DNA of 64,000 nt from Clostridia bacterium (GCA_017429165.1 JAFRPL010000014.1:2113-66112), one strand, 5' to 3'; positions 47,809 to 57,264 are shown, numbered from the stretch's first letter. Numbers and translations are program-made. Notes: generated by a model from the sequence alone, not told the origin.

Positions 47809-47841
47809 ACAAAGAGGCGATATCCGCCTCTTTGTTTTTTT
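47809..47841 (+). terminator. Intrinsic terminator oriented for the plus strand, with no annotated plus-strand gene upstream
   Basis: ACAAAGAGGCG-atatc-CGCCTCTTTGT followed by T6-7 on the plus strand. The minus-strand reading has no U-tail. Confidence 0.65.
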
Positions 47842-47848
47842 ATGCTTT

Positions 47849-49063
47849 TTATCTTCTTCTTTCTTTCAAGAACGTCTCGAGCCGCGTGACGGCGTCTTCG
47901 AGCGTTTCGGTGCGCGCAAGATAGACTATGCGCAGATGGTCGGGTCTGTCCCAGTTGAAGCCAGTGCCGGCGGTCACGAGAAGTTTCTGCTCGCGCAGCA
48001 GATCGAATACGAATTCCTGGTCGTCCTTGATGCCGTACATTTCGGTATCGAATTTAGGAAACACGTAAAACGCGGCGTCGGGTTTGACGGCGGAAACGCC
48101 TGGTATGGAATTGAGCGCCTTGCAGATGAATTCGCGCTGTTCGAAAAGTCTTCCGCCGGGCTTTATCATCTCGTCGCTCGACTGATAGCCGCCGATAGCG
48201 GTCTGGATGACGCTCTGCCCCGGAACGTTGGAGCAAAGCCGCATCGCCGCGAGCAGATTGAGCCCTTCGATATATCCGCGCACGTAAGTCTTGTCGCCGG
48301 CGAGGCACATCCAGCCGGAACGGAAGCCCGCCACGCGGTGCGATTTCGAAAGTCCGTTGAAGCACACGGTGAAAAGATCGGGCGCAAGCGACGCGAGCGG
48401 AGTGAATTCTATGTTGTCCATAACAAGACGGTCGTAGATCTCGTCGGCGAAAAGGATGAGTCCGTGTTCGCGCGCGATATCGACTATCTGAAGCAGCATC
48501 TCTTTGGAATACACCACGCCGGTGGGGTTGTTGGGGTTGATGACAACTATGCCTTTGGTGCGCGGCGTGACCTTGCGGCGGATGTCTTCGATATCGGGGT
48601 ACCAGTGGTTTTCCTCGTCGCAGCGGTAATGGACCGCCTTGCCGCCGGCGAGCACCACCGAAGCCGTCCACAGAGGATAATCGGGCATGGGGATGAGTAT
48701 CTCGTCGCCGTCGTCGAGAAGCCCCTGCATGGACATGGTGATGAGTTCGCTTTCGCCGTTGCCGGTGTAGATATCCTCGACCGTGACGTTGGGGATGCCT
48801 TTTAGCTGGCAGTACTGCATTATTGCTTTGCGCGCCGAAAACAGCCCTTTGGAATTGGAATAACCTTCCGAAGCGCGCAGGTTGTAAATGAAGTCGACTA
48901 TCACCTCGTCCGGCGCTTTGAAACCGAACGGCGCGGGATTGCCGATATTGAGCTTAAGTATGTCTATGCCGTTGGATTCCATGCGGATCGCTTCGTCCAT
49001 CACGGGCCCGCGGATATCGTAGCACACGTTGTCGAGCTTATGCGATTTGCCTATTTCTCTCAT
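47849..49063 (-). CDS. PLP-dependent aminotransferase, AlaA-like (class I)
   Basis: MREIGKSHKLDNVCYDIRGPV...LKLNIGNPAPFGF closely parallels the E. coli AlaA N-terminus from memory. The PLP lysine context is SLSKSHRVAGFR. ATG 49063 follows GGAGGAG. Confidence 0.85.
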   Translation of the reverse strand: MREIGKSHKLDNVCYDIRGPVMDEAIRMESNGIDILKLNIGNPAPFGFKAPDEVIVDFIYNLRASEGYSNSKGLFSARKAIMQYCQLKGIPNVTVEDIYTGNGESELITMSMQGLLDDGDEILIPMPDYPLWTASVVLAGGKAVHYRCDEENHWYPDIEDIRRKVTPRTKGIVVINPNNPTGVVYSKEMLLQIVDIAREHGLILFADEIYDRLVMDNIEFTPLASLAPDLFTVCFNGLSKSHRVAGFRSGWMCLAGDKTYVRGYIEGLNLLAAMRLCSNVPGQSVIQTAIGGYQSSDEMIKPGGRLFEQREFICKALNSIPGVSAVKPDAAFYVFPKFDTEMYGIKDDQEFVFDLLREQKLLVTAGTGFNWDRPDHLRIVYLARTETLEDAVTRLETFLKERRR

Positions 49064-49167
49064 TCCGGGACTCCTCCCCATTATCTTTTGTGCTATTATA
49101 TCACCCCCGAACGCATAAATCAAGACGTTACGGCAAAAAAAACGCGCGGAGCGGGACGTTAAAAATC

Positions 49168-49196
49168 TTGCAAAGAGGCGCTTTTTATGGTATAAT
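49168..49196 (+). promoter_or_regulatory. Promoter for the GH20 gene
   Basis: TTGCAA-N17-TATAAT with TGg (extended -10). Confidence 0.5.
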
Positions 49197-49227
49197 TAAT
49201 AAAAATAAACTCAGGAGCGTTACGGCA

Positions 49228-51939
49228 ATGAAAAAACACATAGCGTTCATACTCGCATCTTCGCTTTTTTTCGCCTCGGTCGTGCCGGAATTATCCGCTG
49301 CGGCGGCCGGAACGGCTAACCCCGCTCCCAACGTCATCCCCGCGGTGACCGAATGGACCGGCGGAGAAGGAACGTTCACCGTAAAAGACGGCGCGCGCAT
49401 CGTTCTAAGCGAAGACGCCGAAATTTCGGAAGCAAAAAAAGACGTCATCCGCGGCTATTTCGACGACATGCTGTTTTTGAGCGTGGATTTCGCATCCGGA
49501 CCGGCGCGCACGGGCGACATCGTGCTTGCGCATTCTTCGGACACGTCGCTCGGCGGCGAAGGTTATACGATGGACGCGACCGAAACGAACGTGATCATAA
49601 GCGGCACGACAGAGATATCGCTGCTGTACGGCATCATCACGCTGATACAGTCCTGTTACCACGACGGGTATATGCCCTGCGGGCACGTCCGCGACGTGCC
49701 GCAGTACGGTCTGCGTTCGGGTATGATAGACGTGGCGCGCACCTGGATACCGCTCGATTACGTGGAGGAGATAACCAAATACTTTGCGTGGTTCAAGCTC
49801 AACGAGATACATCTGCATATAAACGACAACTCGTCCGACGGCAACGGTTATTTCCGTCTTGAAAGCGACGTACCGGGGCTGACCGCCGAAGACCATTACA
49901 GCAAAAAGGATTACCGCGAATATCAGCTTCGCATGCGGGAATACGGCGTGAGCGTCGTCACCGAGATAGACACTCCGGCGCACAGCAAATGCTTTAAAAA
50001 AGCCGTCCCCGAGCTAATGCTCGACGATTCGCATCTTAACATAAGCAAGCCCGAAACGCTGAAATTCGTCTGCGATCTGTGGGACGAATACGTCGCCGGC
50101 GAAGAGCCCGTGTTCATAGGCGACACGGTCCATTTCGGCACCGACGAATACCCCGACGGCCACAACGAAGAAATGCGCGCCTACACCGACGCGCTGATGA
50201 AGCACCTGCGTTCGCGCGGGTATACGACCCGGTTCTGGGGTTCGTTCGGCGGCAAGGGCTTCAACGGCAGCACGCCGGTTTCAGGCGATTCGCAGTGCAA
50301 CTACTGGGCGGTGGAGCTTTCGGACCACAAGGTCCTGTGGGATATGGGCTACGACATTATAAACACCTGCGGGCCCATACTCTACTGCGTTCCGGGAGGA
50401 AACGGATTCGCAGATTATTTCGATCTTAACAACCTTTATTCAAAGTGGTTCGTTAACATTCTGGGCATATACAACGGCAAAAAAGTCGCCGAAGACGACA
50501 AACAGCTGCTTGGCGCGTGTTTCGCATTGTGGAACGACACCGTGCGGCCGGCGACCGGTTATTCCATGTTCGAGATTTTCGACCGGCTCCGCTATCAGGT
50601 CTGCCTTGTGGCGGAAAAGACCTGGACCGGAAGCAAGACCGCAAAGATAAGCGCCGAAAACTTTATTTCGCGCTTTGAAAAACTGTCACGCCGCGGAGGC
50701 AACGCAGACCCCGCGCGGCGCAAATACGCGATCGACGCCGATGTGACGAAAGCTCTCGAAGAAGACAAAGCGATATCGTACGGCTGGCCGTATTATATGA
50801 GCGCCGACGTGACCGTGACCCAAAAAGGCGCGGTGATAACCGAAGGCAAAGACGGAAAACTGTTCGTCAACGCGGCGGGCAAACTGAGCTTTGAACGCGG
50901 CGGCGTGACGTATATCTTCGACCGCGGAGTGACTATTGGCGAAAAGACGAATATACGGCTTTACGGCGACAGGACCTCGACCGTGCTGATAGTCGACGGC
51001 AAGTGGGTCTCCGAACCCGTGCTGGCTTCCGGCGGAAAAGCCGCGGAATACAGTTCGTCGTTCGTGCTCCCGCTCGAAAAAACCGGCGGCGAAAACTGCG
51101 TAGTGGAAAATCTGACTCTCGCACCCGAGGGCGGATCGCTCAACGACCTGCTTTTCGAAAGCAACGTGGCGCTATACAAAAAGGTCACGGTCAGCGGGCT
51201 TGAAGTCAACGACGGACGGCTGAACGAACCGATGGCGGTCGACGGCGATATGAACACGCGCCTTTCGTTCGACAGGTCGAAAGATACCCAGTGGATGGTA
51301 GTCGATCTCGCCGACGTTTACGATATTTCAAAAATAATCATACACTATTTCGAATCCGTGCAGGCGTTCGAGCTATATGTTTCGGAAGACGGCGAAAACT
51401 TTGAAAAAGTCTTTGAAGCGAGCGGAAAAGAAGAAGGCCGGCGCGTGACCGAGACCGTGGAATTCAAGCCGGTCAGGGCGCGTTACGTCAAATACGTCCA
51501 GCTCAAGCGCTGGTACGCGAGCCAGTACAACACCTATTACAGCGGCGGCATCAGCGAATTCGAAGTCTACAAGGTCGCTTTCGATTATACGCCGGTGCTG
51601 GAAGCCGCCGAACAGTGCGGCGACACGGAGATCAATCTGAAGATCCGCGCCATAAAACGGTATCTCGCCGGCGAACGGGTCTTCGCCATACATCTCAAGG
51701 CGTTGTGCGACGAGCTCGAAGCCATGGTGTACGCTTACAATCATCCGGGCGAGGAAAGCTCCGAAGAAAGCTCTGCCGAAGAAAGCATGGCCGAAAGCGG
51801 GCCCGAGCAGAGTGAGGAAACAGCCGCACCGGAAGAAAGCGGAGGCAAGCCCGGACTCATCATAGGCATAGCGGCTGCCGCGGCGGCGATATGCGCGGCG
51901 GCGTGCGCGCTGATTTTCAAAAAGAAAAAGAAGAAATAA
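49228..51939 (+). CDS. Surface-anchored GH20-like beta-N-acetylhexosaminidase with an F5/8 type C (discoidin) domain
   Basis: Signal peptide MKKHIAFILASSLFFASVV. GH20-like HLHINDN, TEIDTPAHS and HFGTDEY. A discoidin-like segment (NEPMAVDGDMNTRLSF...WMVVDL...). Acidic linker EESSEESSAEES. C-terminal TM plus KKKKKK. Confidence 0.7.
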   Translation: MKKHIAFILASSLFFASVVPELSAAAAGTANPAPNVIPAVTEWTGGEGTFTVKDGARIVLSEDAEISEAKKDVIRGYFDDMLFLSVDFASGPARTGDIVLAHSSDTSLGGEGYTMDATETNVIISGTTEISLLYGIITLIQSCYHDGYMPCGHVRDVPQYGLRSGMIDVARTWIPLDYVEEITKYFAWFKLNEIHLHINDNSSDGNGYFRLESDVPGLTAEDHYSKKDYREYQLRMREYGVSVVTEIDTPAHSKCFKKAVPELMLDDSHLNISKPETLKFVCDLWDEYVAGEEPVFIGDTVHFGTDEYPDGHNEEMRAYTDALMKHLRSRGYTTRFWGSFGGKGFNGSTPVSGDSQCNYWAVELSDHKVLWDMGYDIINTCGPILYCVPGGNGFADYFDLNNLYSKWFVNILGIYNGKKVAEDDKQLLGACFALWNDTVRPATGYSMFEIFDRLRYQVCLVAEKTWTGSKTAKISAENFISRFEKLSRRGGNADPARRKYAIDADVTKALEEDKAISYGWPYYMSADVTVTQKGAVITEGKDGKLFVNAAGKLSFERGGVTYIFDRGVTIGEKTNIRLYGDRTSTVLIVDGKWVSEPVLASGGKAAEYSSSFVLPLEKTGGENCVVENLTLAPEGGSLNDLLFESNVALYKKVTVSGLEVNDGRLNEPMAVDGDMNTRLSFDRSKDTQWMVVDLADVYDISKIIIHYFESVQAFELYVSEDGENFEKVFEASGKEEGRRVTETVEFKPVRARYVKYVQLKRWYASQYNTYYSGGISEFEVYKVAFDYTPVLEAAEQCGDTEINLKIRAIKRYLAGERVFAIHLKALCDELEAMVYAYNHPGEESSEESSAEESMAESGPEQSEETAAPEESGGKPGLIIGIAAAAAAICAAACALIFKKKKKK

Positions 51940-51952
51940 ACGGAGACAGACC

Positions 51953-54106
51953 ATGGACATTATTGCAAAACTCACACAGGAACTTCGCATAAGACAAAGT
52001 CAGACCGAAGCGGCGGTAAAGCTGCTCGACGAAGGCAACACGGTGCCGTTCATAGCGCGCTACCGCAAGGAAATGACCGGCTCGCTCGACGACGAAGTTC
52101 TGCGCAATCTGAGCGAGCGGCTGGCTTACCTGCGCTCGCTGGACGAACAGCGCGAAAAGGTGCGCGCTTCCATAACCGAGCAGGAGAAAATGACCGACGA
52201 GATTTCCGCCGCGCTGGACGCCGCCGAAACGCTCACCGAAATAGAAGACATCTACCGCCCGTTCCGTCCCAAGCGCCGCACGCGCGCTTCCGTGGCTAAG
52301 GAAAAAGGGCTGGAGCCGCTTGCGCTGCTGATATACGCGCAGGACGAAAAGACGACCGGCGTGCTCAAGATCGCCGAGCAGTATACAAACGAAGAAAAGG
52401 GCGTGGCTTCCGCGGAGGACGCGCTGCAGGGCGCTCTGGATATCATCGCCGAAACGATTTCCGACGACGCCGAAGGCAGAAAACGCATACGCTACGTCTG
52501 CATGCAAAACGGCAGTATACGTTCCGCGGGCGCAAAGGACGACCTGGGCGTTTACGGTATGTACGCCGACAAAGTTGAAAAGCTGAACAAGGTCCCCGGC
52601 CACCGCGTGCTTGCCATGAACCGCGGCGAGAAAGAGGAATTCCTTAAAATATCGGTGGAATTCGACCGCAATATGGCGATGCGCATACTCGCTTCCATTC
52701 ACGTAAAGAACAACGGCGAAACGGGACAACTGGTGCTCCGGGCCGCGGACGACGCCTACGACCGGCTTATATTCCCTTCCATAGAGCGCGAGATCCGCAA
52801 CGAGCTCACCGACAAAGCGTCGACCGACGCAATAAAGGTGTTCGCCGAAAACACGCGGCATCTGCTAATGCAGCCGCCGGTCCGCAACGCCGTTACCATA
52901 GGACTCGACCCGGGCTACCGCACCGGCTGCAAGGTCGCCGTAGTGGACGGCACCGGCAAGGTGCTGGATACCGGCGTGATCTACCCCGTTCCGCCGCACA
53001 ACAAGATCGCCGAAGCCAAGGCGAAGATAAAAACTTTCATTCAGAAATACGGCGTGACCTGCATAGCCATAGGCAACGGCACCGCCTCGCACGAGACCGA
53101 GACGTTCACCGCCGAGCTGCTTAAGGAAATGAACGCCAAAGGCGTTTCGTACATGGTGGTCAGCGAAGCCGGCGCAAGCGTTTATTCGGCTTCCAAGCTT
53201 GCGCAGCAGGAATTCCCGGATTTCGACGTCACTCAGCGTTCCGCGGTGTCTATTGCAAGACGCCTGCAGGATCCGCTCGCCGAACTGGTTAAGATAGACC
53301 CCAAAGCCATTGGCGTGGGGCAATATCAGCACGACATGCCCGAAAAACAGCTGGGCGAAGCGCTCGACGGAGTGGTGGAAGACTGCGTGAACTCGGTGGG
53401 CGCCGACCTCAACACCGCTTCGACGCCGCTGCTTGCGCGCATTGCCGGAATAAACAGCGCCATAGCCAAGAATATCGTCGCCTACCGCGAAGAAAACGGC
53501 AAGTTCATATCCCGCGCGCAGCTCAAAAAGGTGCCCAAACTGGGGCCCAAGGCGTTTGAACAGTGCGCCGGGTTCTTGCGCGTGACCGACGGCAGGAACG
53601 TGCTCGACCGCACCGCCGTCCATCCCGAAAGCTACGACGCCGCCGAAGCGCTCTTAAAGCATTATTCTTATACCGATTCCGACGTGGCGCAGGGCAGGAT
53701 AAGCGGGCTTTCGGAGCGCGTTTCCACCGACGGCACTTCGGCGCTCGCCGCCGAGCTTGGCATAGGCGAGCCCACGCTTATAGATATTGTAAAAGAGCTC
53801 GAACGCCCCGCGCGCGACCCGCGCGACGAGCTGCCGCCTCCCATGCTCCGCACAGACGTCATGGGCATAGAAGATCTCAAACCCGGCATGGAGCTCAAAG
53901 GCACCGTGCGGAACGTAATAGATTTCGGCGCGTTCGTGGATATAGGCGTCCACCAGGACGGACTCGTCCACGTCACGCAGATCTCGGAAAGATATATCAA
54001 GCATCCGTCCGAAGTGCTCAAGGTCGGCGATATCGTCACCGTCTGGGTGCTCGCCGTGGATACTCAAAAGGGCCGTATATCGCTCACCATGAAAAAGCCG
54101 AAATAA
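51953..54106 (+). CDS. tex: Tex-family transcription accessory protein (YqgF/HhH/S1 domains)
   Basis: LDEGNTVPFIARYRKE N-terminal motif and a C-terminal S1 domain GTVRNVIDFGAFVDIGVHQDGLVHVTQIS. 717 aa. Confidence 0.92.
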   Translation: MDIIAKLTQELRIRQSQTEAAVKLLDEGNTVPFIARYRKEMTGSLDDEVLRNLSERLAYLRSLDEQREKVRASITEQEKMTDEISAALDAAETLTEIEDIYRPFRPKRRTRASVAKEKGLEPLALLIYAQDEKTTGVLKIAEQYTNEEKGVASAEDALQGALDIIAETISDDAEGRKRIRYVCMQNGSIRSAGAKDDLGVYGMYADKVEKLNKVPGHRVLAMNRGEKEEFLKISVEFDRNMAMRILASIHVKNNGETGQLVLRAADDAYDRLIFPSIEREIRNELTDKASTDAIKVFAENTRHLLMQPPVRNAVTIGLDPGYRTGCKVAVVDGTGKVLDTGVIYPVPPHNKIAEAKAKIKTFIQKYGVTCIAIGNGTASHETETFTAELLKEMNAKGVSYMVVSEAGASVYSASKLAQQEFPDFDVTQRSAVSIARRLQDPLAELVKIDPKAIGVGQYQHDMPEKQLGEALDGVVEDCVNSVGADLNTASTPLLARIAGINSAIAKNIVAYREENGKFISRAQLKKVPKLGPKAFEQCAGFLRVTDGRNVLDRTAVHPESYDAAEALLKHYSYTDSDVAQGRISGLSERVSTDGTSALAAELGIGEPTLIDIVKELERPARDPRDELPPPMLRTDVMGIEDLKPGMELKGTVRNVIDFGAFVDIGVHQDGLVHVTQISERYIKHPSEVLKVGDIVTVWVLAVDTQKGRISLTMKKPK

Positions 54107-54116
54107 ACTGTTATCT

Positions 54117-54160
54117 AAAAAAAAGTGCCGGAACCCGTAATGGTTCCGGCACTTTTTCGT
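54117..54160. terminator. Bidirectional terminator (tex / sigma-fusion gene, convergent)
   Basis: A8-AGTGCCGGAACC-cgtaat-GGTTCCGGCACT-T5. Confidence 0.85.
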
Positions 54161-54164
54161 TTGC

Positions 54165-56750
54165 TTATTCAGTTTTCAGCCCCGCTTCATACGAGGCGCG
54201 GTCCTGCGTTCCCAGCTGGTCAAAGAAAATGACTACGCCGTTTTCGTCTTCGACATAAGTATATTCCACTCTGCCGTGCCAGCCTTCGGTGTATTCCGGT
54301 TCGTACCGGCGGAAGAGACCGTCTTTGATCGGGAAATATCCGTCTCCCGTGCCTTCGTACGCCGTAAGATACCAGACGTTGCTCACGTTATCGGTACCGC
54401 CGTTGTTCAAAGGACGGCTGAACATTACGATCCCCACGCCCGGAGCGTACCAGCATTCCATACGTCCCGAGCGATAACTCAATCCGGCGGGTAAATTGCT
54501 CAGCTCCATAACGACGTGCCGGCAGTTTTCAAAGGTCCCCGCAGGTGTCTCCACGCGCTCTTCGTCGAGCACCGTGAGCTCGAGCTTGCAGACGTTGCTA
54601 TAAATCGCGACTTCACGTTTTTCCGTGTATCCGGGTATCCATTTATCCGACCACGCACAGCCTGCAGCGTCCTGAACTATATCATACAGCATATTGTAAA
54701 GCAGCCGTTTTCCCACGCCGTTTTCGCCCATGTTGCCGCTCATATTTTTCCATTCAAATGAAAACATGCGTCCGTCTTCGCAGATCACAGTCATGCCGTC
54801 TTCGCGCCGGGCGAAACGTCTTTGGAAGAAATTCCAGCGTCCGCATTCGGTGTATTCGGGATTGAACTCGGGATCGGTATTCAATATGCGTTCCATGATG
54901 CCGGCAGCTATGCGTGTATGCGTCTTTTCGCGTTTGGTCTTTGCGAGCGGCAGCGCCTTTGCAAAGCATTCCCTCATATCGACAAGACGTTCTTTTTCGT
55001 TTTCGCACACGGCGTAATTCTGACGCGCGTTAAGCATATTGCCCGCCCACGCGGTCTCGTCGTAACCGGTGCGATGCGAGAATCCGTACGCGGCGGCGAC
55101 AGCCTTGCCGCCCTTTGCTCCCGTGATCTCCAATACGCTCTCGAATTCGCCCGTCATAAAAGCGTTTTTGGTGACGTATTCCCAATGGTTGCCCGCGGCG
55201 AGCGGCAGCAGGCCCGAACCGCCTTCTATATGATATTTCTTAAGGAAATGCTCGCTCACGATGGTGTTCGTGATCTTTTGATATACCATGCCCACGCCCG
55301 GGCAGAACGCCGTTTCGTGTACGATCTCGGATGCGTCAGCAACTTCGAAAACGCTGCAGTTTTCAAAAACTCCCGCGGGAGTCTTAAAAGTCGCGTCGGT
55401 GCTTTTGCAGGTGAGCTTCGTTATGCCGTCGGAAGCGGTCTTTACGTCGCCCGCCTTCATATCGGGATCGATAATAAGGCTATCGCACAGACTTACCCAA
55501 TATATGCCCGGCTCGCTCACAGACCACAGGTTGCCGCGGCTATAGCCCGGCTCCTGCCAGAACCAGAGCTTTCCGTCTATGCTGCGGTATTCGTCGCCGT
55601 ACGCCCTGAACGCCAGAGAATCATCGTCTCTGCCCAGCCCTTTTTCGCGCACTTTTTCTTCTATACGTATTGCAGCGATAGCGTTGGCGTAATAAACGTC
55701 AGTCGGTCCAAGCACGGATAGCACCGCTTTATAGCTTTCGATACCCTCTTCATAACGTCCAACGTCGCACAGCCTGACGCCCAGCCAAAAATGCAGATAT
55801 CCCAGCGTTTTCTTCATCCCCAATCCCTGTACGTAGGGGATCTGTTTTTCTTTTATAAGATCTATGATCTCTTGCGCGTGCGCGCTCTTATTCTCGGTTT
55901 CACCACCGAGTACGTTCATCATAACGTCGTCGTTGCGGCTTTCTTCGGCGTGTTTCTTTATTCTTGCCAGCGTTTCGTCGTTTCTGGTTCCCGGGATCCA
56001 CCAATATCCCATCATCAGCACGTCCGAAAGCGCGCGGCTCTTTTCTTTTGAATCCTCAAGCGCTTCCGCGCTTGCGAGGACTTCTTTGAATTCCTCTTCA
56101 AAGCCGGAGCGGTCTTTTTTGAGCCGCCACAGTTTGAGACGTTCGATCTGGCGCATAACTTTGCGCACCATTTTCTCGTTTTCGTCGTATTCTTTTTCCA
56201 TAATACCGTAACCCTTTCTAAGCTGTTTTCTTCCTTCGCTGAGCCGCCATTTAACGGTCCCTTCCGGAAGAGACAGTTTTGCGGCTATTTCGGCGACAGA
56301 CAAGCCTTCGAAATAATGGAGCTTTACGGTTTCCCTGATCTTGCCGCCCAGCGCTTCGACGGCTTCGTGAAGATCGGAATACACGCTCTGCTCGTTTTCA
56401 AAAGCGACGCGATCGATACTTTCGGGATCGGCGTCTTCAAGTAAAGAAAGACTGATATCGGGGATGGCGGCGTGATAGTTTTCCACAACTCTCCTTGCGC
56501 AGTTTTTCGCTATGGAACATACCCACGGTCTGAACCGCGAAGGATCGCGCAGCGCAGAAAGATTCATCCACGCCGAAACAAAGGCGTCCTGCGAAGCGTC
56601 CTCGGCGGAAAACGCATTTCCGGTGACTTTGTACGCGGTGCCTTTGACCGCTTTTTCATGTCGTTTCACAAGCTCTTCATAAGCCGAATCGTTCCCTATA
56701 AGAGTAAGTTCAACGAGCGTTGCGTCGTTCATTGCGGAAACGTTTTTCAT
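54165..56750 (-). CDS. ECF-type sigma-70 factor fused to a C-terminal extension of about 680 aa with no predicted TM helix
   Basis: Sigma region 2 is SAEDASQDAFVSAWMNL...FRPWVCSIAKNCARR. Region 4 is LHYFEGLSVAEIAAKLSLPEGTVKWRLSEGRKQLRK. These are followed by a helical (TPR-like) part and a beta-rich part with an internal duplication. I place the start at ATG 56750 behind AAAGGA (alternatives 56795 and 56732). Confidence 0.75.
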   Translation of the reverse strand: MKNVSAMNDATLVELTLIGNDSAYEELVKRHEKAVKGTAYKVTGNAFSAEDASQDAFVSAWMNLSALRDPSRFRPWVCSIAKNCARRVVENYHAAIPDISLSLLEDADPESIDRVAFENEQSVYSDLHEAVEALGGKIRETVKLHYFEGLSVAEIAAKLSLPEGTVKWRLSEGRKQLRKGYGIMEKEYDENEKMVRKVMRQIERLKLWRLKKDRSGFEEEFKEVLASAEALEDSKEKSRALSDVLMMGYWWIPGTRNDETLARIKKHAEESRNDDVMMNVLGGETENKSAHAQEIIDLIKEKQIPYVQGLGMKKTLGYLHFWLGVRLCDVGRYEEGIESYKAVLSVLGPTDVYYANAIAAIRIEEKVREKGLGRDDDSLAFRAYGDEYRSIDGKLWFWQEPGYSRGNLWSVSEPGIYWVSLCDSLIIDPDMKAGDVKTASDGITKLTCKSTDATFKTPAGVFENCSVFEVADASEIVHETAFCPGVGMVYQKITNTIVSEHFLKKYHIEGGSGLLPLAAGNHWEYVTKNAFMTGEFESVLEITGAKGGKAVAAAYGFSHRTGYDETAWAGNMLNARQNYAVCENEKERLVDMRECFAKALPLAKTKREKTHTRIAAGIMERILNTDPEFNPEYTECGRWNFFQRRFARREDGMTVICEDGRMFSFEWKNMSGNMGENGVGKRLLYNMLYDIVQDAAGCAWSDKWIPGYTEKREVAIYSNVCKLELTVLDEERVETPAGTFENCRHVVMELSNLPAGLSYRSGRMECWYAPGVGIVMFSRPLNNGGTDNVSNVWYLTAYEGTGDGYFPIKDGLFRRYEPEYTEGWHGRVEYTYVEDENGVVIFFDQLGTQDRASYEAGLKTE

Positions 56751-56869
56751 CCTTTTTCCTTTCTTTGACTTGTTTGTTCTTTTGTCGCCTTTCACCCATA
56801 AGATACGAAAAAGCGCAAAAAGGTTGGGTCACGGTAAATATTTTTGCTTCTTTGCCGTTCTTATATATG

Positions 56870-56898
56870 ATAATAACACAAAATCCGCCGTTTTTCAA
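56870..56898 (-). promoter_or_regulatory. Promoter for the sigma-fusion gene
   Basis: The minus strand reads TTGAAA-N17-TATTAT. Confidence 0.4.
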
Positions 56899-56915
56899 CT
56901 GAATGTTCGCTTGGA

Positions 56916-56950
56916 ATACCCCCACAAACGCTGCGAGGAAGAGGGGGTAT
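56916..56950. repeat. Hairpin ATACCCCC-N19-GGGGGTAT with AACGCTGCG in the loop
   Basis: 8-bp perfect stem read directly from the sequence. Confidence 0.7.
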
Positions 56951-57063
56951 AGCATAAATTCCGCAGCTTCCATCTCATACTCCCGCGCTGCCTCCGCCCC
57001 AAGAGACACCCCAACGAACCGTCGGTTTGCCGGGGATCCCGAAGCCACACACGCGGATTTCCT

Positions 57064-57134
57064 TACACCCTCCCCGCTCCGCCGCCCAAGCCGGTCCCTC
57101 GCTTCGCTCTGCCCGGCGGCGCGGGGAGGGTGTA
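57064..57134. repeat. 71-nt GC-rich extended stem-loop (REP-like)
   Basis: TACACCCTCCCCGC (57064-77) pairs perfectly with GCGGGGAGGGTGTA (57121-34). An inner CCGCCG/CGGCGG helix extends the stem. Confidence 0.8.
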
Positions 57135-57177
57135 TATAAAACACGTAGCCGACCGTTTAGACAAGCTCAACCATACA

Positions 57178-57264
57178 TTCCGGCGGGCGTAACCCAACGC
57201 TCCGGCGTCATTTCCGCCTTTCCCGCAAACGTTCCGGCGTGCGTGACCGAACGCTGCGGCGTCA
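57178..57264. repeat. Two 33-nt imperfect direct repeats (29/33 identical) spaced 54 nt start to start
   Basis: TTCCGGCGGGCGTAACCCAACGCTCCGGCGTCA (57178-57210) versus TTCCGGCGTGCGTGACCGAACGCTGCGGCGTCA (57232-57264). Confidence 0.8.
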
